From contig CM075987.1 of assembly GCA_038087875.1 (NCBI GenBank), positions 26,972,001-27,036,000 of the forward strand: a stretch of DNA of 64,000 nt, written 5' to 3'. The notes beneath the pieces are model-generated. The model saw only the letters and a program-made list of their open reading frames with translations. It had not been told where the DNA came from and made no database searches. Origin of the DNA: Malacoraja senta (lineage: Eukaryota). The translations under genes and the position numbers were made by a program. Below, in pieces: positions 11,348 through 20,073 of this stretch (position 1 is its first letter; each line of letters opens with the position of its first letter).

Positions 11348-11427
11348 CTCACACACAGGGTTAGGTTCCACTTCTTACATCTTTCCAGTCTGAAAAAAAC
11401 CCATATTCCAACTCCGTGTCTACGCTG

Positions 11428-11740
11428 TCAGTGGCGCAGCGGTAGAGTTGCTGCCTCACAGCGCCAGAGACATGGCATCGATCCTGACTACGGGTGCTGT
11501 CTGTACAGAGTTTGTCCATTCTCCCCGTGACCCCGTGGGTTTTCCTCGGGTGCTCCGGTTTCCTTCCACACCCCAAAGACGTCCAGATTTCAAGGTTAAT
11601 TGGCTTCAGTAAAAATTGTACATTGTCCCTGGTGTATGTAGGATAGTGGTATTATACGGGGTGATCGCTGGTCAGCACGGGCTCGGTGGGCCGAAGGGCC
11701 TGTTTCCGTGCTGTATCACTAAACTAAACTAAGCTAAACT
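11428..11740 (+). mobile_element. V-SINE (HE1-like)
   Basis: GTGGCGCAGCGGTAGAG head, V-domain, (TAAAC)n tail. Confidence 0.85.
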
Positions 11741-13024
11741 GATATAACATTGGTAGACTTAGTTACCTTCCATGCTGATCGTCTCTGTGAGTTCCAAGTG
11801 AGATTGTTTGACAAAGGCAGTTAAAAGCAGAATGACTTTGCTTGATTTTAAACCATCCTCCGTATGTGTAGAGTCCTTTGTTGTGCTTTTGTGTATTTTT
11901 GATTGGATGCACAAAAGTGCAGAATAGGAAATGAATGAGCTAATCAACAGAGTGACACTTTGCTCTGCTTTTCAATTCTCATCGCACGCGCACGTTATAC
12001 TTTGTCACATTCACCAAAAGTCTTTGCCATTGAAAGAGTTGCTTTTGATGAACATGAAAATGCGCAGCAGTGAAAAATGAATGAGTCAGAAATTGGACAA
12101 GGGTGGTGCAGCGGTAGAGCTGCTGCCTCCCAGCAGGTAACTGGCTTCAGTGAGGATTGTAAATTGTCGCCCGTGTGTAGGATAGTGCTAGAGTGCGGAG
12201 TGATCGACAGTTGGTGCAGACTCGGTGGGCTGAGTTGCTGCCTTACAGCACCTGAGACCCAGGTTCGATCCTGACTACAGGTGCTGTCTGTACGGACTTC
12301 GTACGTTCTCCCTGGGACCATGTGGGTTTTCTCCAGGTGCTCCGGTTTCCTCCCACACTCCAAAGACGTACCTCTCTGTAGGTCAACTGGCTTGATGTAA
12401 TTGTACATTACTCCTTGTGTGTGTAAGACACTGTTCGTGTGCGGGGATTGCTGGTCGGCACGGCCTCGGTGGGCCGAAGGGCCTGTTTTCGCGCCATATC
12501 TCTAATCTAAACTAAACAAAACTAATCTGAGCTAAAGATATTTGCATGGACATTGCGTGCCAATTATCTCCTCTCCTGGTGACCTGCGTCTCAATTATGC
12601 ATCAGATATTTACAGAAGAAGCTCATAAATAAATAACACGATGAAAAGAGTTTGCAACATGCACTTTTATTTGTATTGAATGTTCCTTTACGCTTATTCC
12701 CAGGACATGAGTAGTTAAAACTATAACCTAGGGTTCAAAGCTGTTCCAAACCAACATGAAATAGCAATTAGCATAGGACTGGTTATGACGTTATGATGTC
12801 CCACAGCAATTCATACCCGACAAGGAGTAGTCCCTTTGCATCCTGGTAACACAAAAGGCAATTTGCACAAAGTAGGGGAAGAGAAAGGCTATGCTTTGCC
12901 TTTGAAGGGGATGCATCACAGCTTGCGTTTGGGAACAGCTCCATCCAAGACCCGTAAGAAATTGCAGCGAAATTTGCACGCGGCCCAGACCATCACACAA
13001 ACCAACCTCCTTCTTATTGAGTAG

Positions 13025-13390
13025 TAAGGAACTACTGATGCTGGTTAAAACCGAAGATAGACACAAAAGCCTGGAGTAACTCAGCGGGACAGTCAACATC
13101 TCTAGAGAGAAAGAATGGGTGACATTTCGGGTCGAGAAGAAGGGTCTCGACCAGAAACATCACCCAATCTTTCTCTCCAGAGATGCTGCCTGTCCCGCTG
13201 AGTTACCCCAGTATTTTGTGTCTATCTTCGGTGTAAACCAGCATCTGCAGTTCCTTCCTGCTCATCTTTCTAATGCTAGTACAGGTTAACAAAGTCTGAA
13301 GAAGGGTCTCGATCCGAAACGTCACCCATTCCTTCTCTCCAGAGATGCTGCCTGTCCCGCTGAGTTACTCCAGCATTTTGTGTCTATCTC
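13025..13390. mobile_element. Penelope terminal repeats (fold-back plus direct copy) with hammerhead core at 13296-13323
   Basis: CTGAAGA-A-GGGTC-TC-GATCC-GAAAC-GTC; inserted in a Rex1 fragment (~12905-13510). Confidence 0.7.
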
Positions 13391-13641
13391 CCTTCCACTG
13401 ACTCCATCTACACCTCACGCTGCCTCGGCAAGGCCACAGCATAATCAAGGTCGAGTCGCACCCTGGCCACTCCCTCTTCTCCCCTCTCCCATCAGGCAAA
13501 AGGTACAGAAATGGTGAAAGATGCCAAATAAAGGAGAATATGGAACATAGAACATTAGCTTAGTTTAGTTAAGAGATGCAGTGCAGAAACAGGCCCTTCG
13601 GCCCACCGAGTCCGCACCAACCAGCGATCCCCGCACACTAA

Positions 13642-13864
13642 AGGGCCTGTCCCACTTGCCGATTTCGCCAGCTTCATATCAGCGTCGCCAAAAGATTTTG
13701 AACATTTCAAAATCCAGCGGCGACAAAAAAAATGTTGCGACTTGAAAAAATACAGGGAGTCAAACGTCATCACGCCGCGTCATACATCATCACGCCGCGT
13801 ATTTTTCGGTGACCTGATATGTCAGTCAATGATGCTGAAAAAATCGCCAAATGGGACAGGCCCT
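13642..13864. mobile_element. PIF/Harbinger-type MITE
   Basis: TIRs AGGGCCTGTCCCA.TTG.CGATTT / AAATCGCCAAATGGGACAGGCCCT with TAA duplication at 13639-13641 and 13865-13867. Confidence 0.85.
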
Positions 13865-13988
13865 TAACACTATCCTACCCACACTAGGGACAATTTACAT
13901 TTATACCAAGCCAATTAACCTCCAATCCTGTACATCTTTCGAGTGTGGGAGCACCCAGAGAAAACCCACGCAGGTCACCGGGGAGAAC

Positions 13989-14974
13989 CAAAGATACTAG
14001 AGGAGCAAGATAGACCACTCCTCCGAAATCCAATGGACTGACGTGTAGTACGTAACGGAACGTCACGGCCGCCATTTGTTTATGCCAAACGCAACATCTT
14101 TGGTAGCGGGGACGGACTCCACAGATATACAATCTGCTCTTACATCAGGTCGCAGGGATGAGCAAAGATACTAGAGGCTCCTCTTGTATCTTTGGGGGAA
14201 GAGAACGTTTCCTCCACTCCTGAGTTGATCCAGGACTGATTCCTGGTCCCCCCAATACCAGATGAAGGCGGCCGGTCAGCACCAGGCTCTCTGTCCGGCG
14301 GGAGAGCCTCAAGCGTCTGCCCGCGTTCGGCGCTCCCGAGGCAGCGGGCAAAGCTCCTCTAGTATCTTTGGTGTAATCCGTCCCAAAGTTTGATCCGCTC
14401 TATCATCTTTGGTGTAATCCGTGTTGTAGGGAACAGTGGTTTATATAGCATCTATCACTGCACATATTTAGTTAATACTATACCAAGTGCAGACCCGTTG
14501 GGTCTGGACCCCGAACGTGCTTTAGACCCCGGGGCGAAAATCGCTAGCAAAAGAAAAAAATGCCGTCATTTTTGGAGCAGAGCCGGGCGGCAGCAGCCGG
14601 TCGGCAGGAGACAAAATTAGTGAGAGGGGGGGGGGGAGAAGGATTTTATTAAAAATGTGTAAATAAACTGGATGAAATTTAATCAGGAGTGGATACTTGG
14701 AATGAAAAGTGAAATATCTACCAGAAATGGAAAAAATCTCGGCGTTTCTGCGTGTGGTGTTGGCGTAGCAAGGAATCAAAGGAAGGCTGGCACCCACAAG
14801 ACAGGCAGAAACACACACACACACACACACAGAGTTTTAAATATAGATAGATTATTGTAAATGTTATTATTATTAGTGTAAATTGTAGCCCAACAAAATG
14901 GAGTCAACAATCACCCATGTCATACTACGCTTTTTTCGCAGAGTGGAGCATCTTGCTCTGCTCTGTAATCTTTG
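13989..14974. mobile_element. Non-autonomous DNA transposon with 8-bp TSD (hAT-like), composite
   Basis: Ends CAAAGAT.. / ..ATCTTTG; exact TSD GGGAGAAC at 13981-13988 and 14975-14982. Confidence 0.8.
14478..14851 (-). mobile_element. Non-autonomous Helitron
   Basis: Minus strand starts A|TCTATCTATATT, ends with hairpin GACCCAACGGGTC and GGTATAG|T (CTAG variant); inserted between A and T, no TSD; contains (CA)n. Confidence 0.7.
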
Positions 14975-15488
14975 GGGAGAACGTGCAAACTCCGTACAGA
15001 CAGCACCCGTAGTCGGGATCGAACCCGGGTCTCAGGCGTTGTAAGCGCTGTAAGGCAGCAACTCTACCGCTGGGCTGCCGTGCTGCGCTGAATAGTACAG
15101 CACAAGAGCAGGCCCTTCAGCCCCCAATGTCCATGCCAAACAGAATGCCAAGACATAGAAACATAGAAACATAGAAAGTAGGTGCGAGAGTAGACCACCA
15201 GGCCCATCGAGCCCGCACCGCCATTCGCTCATGGCTGAACACTAAACAGACACCCTTACCCACAAACAGTAGACACAAGACACAGAACACAAGACACTAC
15301 CCTCCCCTTTATATCGCTATCACCCCTCTCCACCCCAAGAACCGCGTGATCTCCTGGGGGAGGCAAAAAAACGGATAAAAACCCAGGTCCAATTCGGGAA
15401 AAAAATCCGGGAAATTCCTCTCCGACCCCAATCCAGGCGATCGACACTTGTCCAGGAGATCACTCAGGTCTTACTATACTAACCATAC

Positions 15489-18440
15489 CTAGGTCCATAT
15501 CCCTGCCCTCTCCCCGTAGCCCCTTATCCCCTTGGCAGCTAAAAAACCATCTATTTTAGACTTAAATATATTTAATGTTTCTGCTTCCACTGCTCCCTGG
15601 GGCAGTGAATTCCATAAATTAACCACCCTCTGGGTGAAGAAGTTCTTCCTCATCTCAGTTTTAAAAGAGCCCCCTCTTATTCTACAACTATGTCCCCTAG
15701 TTCTAGTTTCCCCGATCATTGGGAACATCCTCGGTGCATCCACCCGATCAAGGCCCCTCACGATCTTATATGTTTCAATGAGATCGCCTCTCATTCTTCT
15801 AAACTCCAAAGAGTAGAGTTCCAGCCTACTTAACCTTTCCTCATATGTCAATCCCCTCATTGCAGGAATTAATCTTGTAAACCTTCGCTGCACTGCCTCC
15901 AGGGCCAGTACATCCTTTCTTAAGTATGGACCCCAGAACTGTACACAGTATTCCAAATGTGGTCTCACTAATACTGTGTACAGCTGCAGCAAGACCTCCG
16001 TGTTTTTATACTCAATCCCCCTAGCAATAAAGGCCAAAACTCCATTGGCCTTCCTGATTGCTTGCTGCACCTGCATACTAACTTTTAGTGATTCATGTAC
16101 TACTACCCCTAGATCCCTTTGCGTTGCATTACAACGCAGCTCCACCTCATTTAGAAAATAACTTGCCCTATCATTTTTTTTCCCAAAGTGAATGACTTCA
16201 CATTTATTAGTATTAAATTTCATCTGCCAAGTTGTTGCCCACTCACCTAGCTTATCTATATCCTTTTGCAGACTCTTCCTATCCTCCTCATCCCCTACTT
16301 TTCCTCCCATTTTTGTATCGTCCGCAAATTTTGATATATTACACTTGGTTCCCTCCTCCAAATCATTTATATAAATTGTGAACAACTGGGGTCCCAGCAC
16401 CGACCCTTGCGGAACCCCGCTAGTTACCGGTTGCCATCCCGAGTATGAACCATTTATCCCCACTCTCTGCTTCCTATTTGTTAGCCAATCCTCTACCCAT
16501 GCTAATATATTACCCCCAATCCCATAATTTTTTATTTTTAGCAATAGTCTCTTATGTGGCACCTTGTCAAAAGCCTTTTGGAAGTCCAAGTATACCACAT
16601 CCACCGGTTCCCCTTTATCCACCCGGGTTGTTACTTCCTCAAAGAATTCGAGCAGATTCGTTAAACAGGACTTCCCCTTCACAAAACCATGCTGGTTCTG
16701 TCCGATGAAGTCATGTCCATCCAAGTGCCCCGTTAGTGTTTCTTTAATAATTGTCTCTAACATTTTACCCACCACCGATGTTAGACTAACCGGTCTATAG
16801 TTACCCGCCTTCTGTTTACTTCCTTTTTTAAATATAGGTGTTACATTGGCCATTTTCCAATCCACTGGGACCGTTCCTGCCTCCAGGGAGTTTTGGAAAA
16901 TTATCACCAATGCATCCACAATCCCCACCGCTATCTCCCTCAAGACCCTTGGATGTAATCCATCAGGCCCAGGGGATTTATCCTCCTTCAGTCTCATTAA
17001 TTTCCCTAATACCACCTCCTTGGTGATCTTAATAGTATTTAGCTCCTCCATTCCTACCGCCCCCTGTTTATCCAGCGTTGGAATATTTTTTGTGTCTTCT
17101 ATGGTGAAGACTGATACAAAATACTCGTTTAATGCCTTTGCCATTTCCATGTTCCCCACCAACAACTCTCCAGTCTCACCCTCCAATGGACCAACGTTCA
17201 CCTTAGCCACCCTTTTTCTTTTTATATAGCTATAAAAACTCTTACTATTAGTTTTTATGTTGTTCGCTAAATTCCTTTCATAGACTATTTTCCCCGTCTT
17301 AATTAATCTCTTAGTTATTTTTTGCTGACCTTTAAATGCTTCCCAATCCTCTACCCTCCCACTATCTCTAGCTACCTTATATGCCCTTGCCTTCAGCCGA
17401 ATACTATCCTTTATAGTTTTACTGAGCCATGGCTGACTGTTCTTTCCCTTACCCCTTTTTTTCTTCATAGGAATAAATTTTTCTTGAAGGTTATACAGTA
17501 GATCCTTAAACGTACACCACTGCTCATGTACCGTCTTATTCTTGAGTCTGCTATCCCAGTCAACTTTGATCAGCTCAGTCCTCATACCTTCATAATCCCC
17601 TTTATTTAGACTAAGTACCCTAGCCTGAGTTTCAACCTGCTCTCCTTCTATTTGAATATGGAATTCGACCATATTGTGGTCACTTGTTCCCAACGAGTCC
17701 CTAACTATGACATTTTTAATTAATCCTGCTTCATTACACAGGACCAGATCCAAGATTGCCTCCCTCCTTGTCGGTTCTGTGACATACTGTTCTAGGAACC
17801 CGTCTCTAATACATTCTATAAACTCTTCCTCTAGTCTACCCTGCCCAGTTTGGTTTGCCCAATTAATATGAAAATTGAAGTCCCCCATGATTACAGCAGT
17901 TCCCTTTTTACATGCGTCAACTATTTGCAGATTTATGTTCTGACTAACAGCGTCACAGCTATTTGGAGGTCTATAAATTACACCCACTAGTGTTTTTTTC
18001 CCCTTGTTATTCTCTATCTGTACCCAAGCTGTTTCACTATCCTGATCCTTCAACGCAATATCCTTCCTCTCTATTGCCGTTATTCCCTCCCTTATTAAAA
18101 GGGCCACCCCTCCTCCCTTTCTTTCCTGTCTATCTTTTCTAATTGTCGAGTACCCCTCTATATTTAACTCCCAATCCTGATCCCCTTGCAGCCATGTCTC
18201 CGTAATGGCCACGATATCATAACTATATGTACTTAATTGCACCGTTAATTCATTTATCTTATTTCGAATACTCCGTGCATTTAGATACAGCACTTTCAGA
18301 TGATTTTTACTACCCTTCCTTTCTGTTTTTGCCCCTTTTACATCTAGAGCTTTATCTTCACACATTCTGGATCCTCCTGTCACATTTTGATTTTCCGTTT
18401 CCCCACTGATACCCTGCTCTATTTCCTCTACCCCTGCCAT
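15489..18440 (-). CDS. CR1 ORF2: APE endonuclease + reverse transcriptase (983 aa)
   Basis: APE motifs YLNARS, ITETWL, GDFN, LDLV, SDH; RT motifs YRPVSLTS, DFQKAFD, GVPQGSVLGP, FADD; no stops or frameshifts. Confidence 0.97.
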   Translation of the reverse strand: MAGVEEIEQGISGETENQNVTGGSRMCEDKALDVKGAKTERKGSKNHLKVLYLNARSIRNKINELTVQLSTYSYDIVAITETWLQGDQDWELNIEGYSTIRKDRQERKGGGVALLIREGITAIERKDIALKDQDSETAWVQIENNKGKKTLVGVIYRPPNSCDAVSQNINLQIVDACKKGTAVIMGDFNFHINWANQTGQGRLEEEFIECIRDGFLEQYVTEPTRREAILDLVLCNEAGLIKNVIVRDSLGTSDHNMVEFHIQIEGEQVETQARVLSLNKGDYEGMRTELIKVDWDSRLKNKTVHEQWCTFKDLLYNLQEKFIPMKKKRGKGKNSQPWLSKTIKDSIRLKARAYKVARDSGRVEDWEAFKGQQKITKRLIKTGKIVYERNLANNIKTNSKSFYSYIKRKRVAKVNVGPLEGETGELLVGNMEMAKALNEYFVSVFTIEDTKNIPTLDKQGAVGMEELNTIKITKEVVLGKLMRLKEDKSPGPDGLHPRVLREIAVGIVDALVIIFQNSLEAGTVPVDWKMANVTPIFKKGSKQKAGNYRPVSLTSVVGKMLETIIKETLTGHLDGHDFIGQNQHGFVKGKSCLTNLLEFFEEVTTRVDKGEPVDVVYLDFQKAFDKVPHKRLLLKIKNYGIGGNILAWVEDWLTNRKQRVGINGSYSGWQPVTSGVPQGSVLGPQLFTIYINDLEEGTKCNISKFADDTKMGGKVGDEEDRKSLQKDIDKLGEWATTWQMKFNTNKCEVIHFGKKNDRASYFLNEVELRCNATQRDLGVVVHESLKVSMQVQQAIRKANGVLAFIARGIEYKNTEVLLQLYTVLVRPHLEYCVQFWGPYLRKDVLALEAVQRRFTRLIPAMRGLTYEERLSRLELYSLEFRRMRGDLIETYKIVRGLDRVDAPRMFPMIGETRTRGHSCRIRGGSFKTEMRKNFFTQRVVNLWNSLPQGAVEAETLNIFKSKIDGFLAAKGIRGYGERAGIWT

Positions 18441-18472
18441 TATTACCCCCCTTGATACCTCCCCCCCGCTAC

Positions 18473-19426
18473 TTAGTTTAAAGACCTCTCTACTGCCCTA
18501 GTTATATGATTTGCCAGGACCCCAGTCCCAGCACCGTTCAGGTGAAGTCCGTCCTTACAGAACAGATCCCCCCTGTCCCAGTACTGGTGCCAGTGGCCCA
18601 AGAAACCAAACCCATTTTTCCCACACCAGTCTTTGAGCCACGCATTCAGCTTTTTAATTTTTCGTACCCTCGCCGATTTGGCCCGTGGCTCAGGTAGCAA
18701 TCCGGAGATCAGTACCCTCGAGGTTCTGCTTTTTAATTTATTCCCTAACTGCTCAAACTCGTTCAGCAGATCCTCCTTCCTCGTCCTTCCTATGTCATTG
18801 GTCCCCACATGGACCACGACCACTGGATCCTCCCCCTCACTCTGCAAATTTCTCTCCAGCATCGCAGAGATATCCTTAACCCTAGCACCGGGTAGGCAAC
18901 ACAGCCTTCGGGACATGTTCTGCTGGCCGCAGAGAACCTTATCTACCCCCCGAATAATACTATCCCCTATCACCACGGCATTTCTTCTAACTCCCCCCTC
19001 TTGAATGGCCCCCTGATCCACGGTGCTGCAGCCAGGTTGCTCATCCCTCCCACAGCCCCTGATCCCGTCCTCACATTGAGTAAGAGCCTCGGTCATGCTC
19101 GTCAGGGACAAGGGCTGTGGCTCCTGCCGCATCTCCTCCTGGTTCCCCCTACCTGCCTCGCTTATGGCCACACCTTCCTTTCCCTGCTCACTAACTACTG
19201 AATTAGTTAAACTGGTCGGTGTGACCATCCCCTGGCACAAAACATCCAGGTAATACTCCCCCTCCCTGATGCACCGCAGCGTATGAAGTTGGGTCTCCAG
19301 CTCATCAATGCGGAGCTCGAGTTCCGCTAGCTTCAAACACTTACTGCAGCTGTAGGGATCATCTACATCAATGGTGTCGACAATTTCCCACATCTCACAG
19401 TATTGGCACATCTCCTGGCCACCCAT
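18473..19426 (-). CDS. CR1 ORF1: zinc finger/leucine zipper + SGNH (GDSL-like) esterase domain (317 aa)
   Basis: CxxC..CxxC followed by heptad LAELELRIDELETQL; SGNH blocks VIGDS, PGA, GTND, DGLH. Confidence 0.95.
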   Translation of the reverse strand: MGGQEMCQYCEMWEIVDTIDVDDPYSCSKCLKLAELELRIDELETQLHTLRCIREGEYYLDVLCQGMVTPTSLTNSVVSEQGKEGVAISEAGRGNQEEMRQEPQPLSLTSMTEALTQCEDGIRGCGRDEQPGCSTVDQGAIQEGGVRRNAVVIGDSIIRGVDKVLCGQQNMSRRLCCLPGARVKDISAMLERNLQSEGEDPVVVVHVGTNDIGRTRKEDLLNEFEQLGNKLKSRTSRVLISGLLPEPRAKSARVRKIKKLNAWLKDWCGKNGFGFLGHWHQYWDRGDLFCKDGLHLNGAGTGVLANHITRAVERSLN

Positions 19427-20073
19427 CTTATATAAGTAATTAACTGGTCCTATTAAGAATAAAGTCTGCCTGTGCTTGGCTTCTACTTTTCAACTGTTTT
19501 TCCCCCCTCTGACTCACTTCTCTCCTCCCACTCGGGCTAGAGCCAATCAGTCGTATCTCTTGCTAATCTCCTGCTGCTGTTGCTCCCAAATCTACAGCAG
19601 TTCTGAATCTACAGCAGACTATCTCTTATCTGCCTGGACTGTATGTGAAGTTGTAACTAACTAATCTTTAAACACTGCAGCGTTTGCTTTGACCGCTGGT
19701 GACACAAAGGAGCACTGTCCCACTATTCTATGCTCAAAAACATTTCTTATCCAGATATTTGAGTACGACTTGTATTTAATTTCCCACTTCAATCCAGCTG
19801 CATTGAGAAATGTCGAGGCTTTTACATTAGTTCCCACTTATTGCCGTGGTACAACTCCCCAGCTAAACTTAATCCACTAATTAGTAATTACAGTTTCTCA
19901 CTTTCACACATGTGTTCATATTTTATCTACGGTACTTTGTACTTTCAATATCCATTTGGGATGTAATCTCTTCAAAGAGCTAAGAAGATTTAAGGTGTCA
20001 AGGATATCAAACTCTTGAAGATGATAAAACGTTGTAAAACCTTCAGATATCTTCGGAGTGACTCATGGAAGCA

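Larger units (their letters stand above)
13556..15082 (-). mobile_element. V-SINE split by nested insertions
   Basis: Pieces 13556-13641, 13865-13988 and 14975-15082 join into one SINE once the inserts are removed. Confidence 0.8.
15155..19615 (-). mobile_element. Full-length CR1 LINE (~4.46 kb)
   Basis: ~190-bp 5' UTR, intact ORF1 and ORF2, ~330-bp 3' UTR, (TTTCTATG)n tail; AGAC direct repeat at 15151-15154 and 19616-19619, with the interrupted older repeat apparently resuming at 19616. Confidence 0.9.

Noticed and set aside
19427..19615. Ribozyme at the 5' end of the full-length CR1
   Set aside because: No HDV-like or hammerhead fold could be built; only promoter-like motifs are seen.
19620..20070. 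Extension of the CR1 5' UTR
   Set aside because: The AGAC duplication and apparent resumption of the interrupted older repeat at 19616 place the element end at ~19615.
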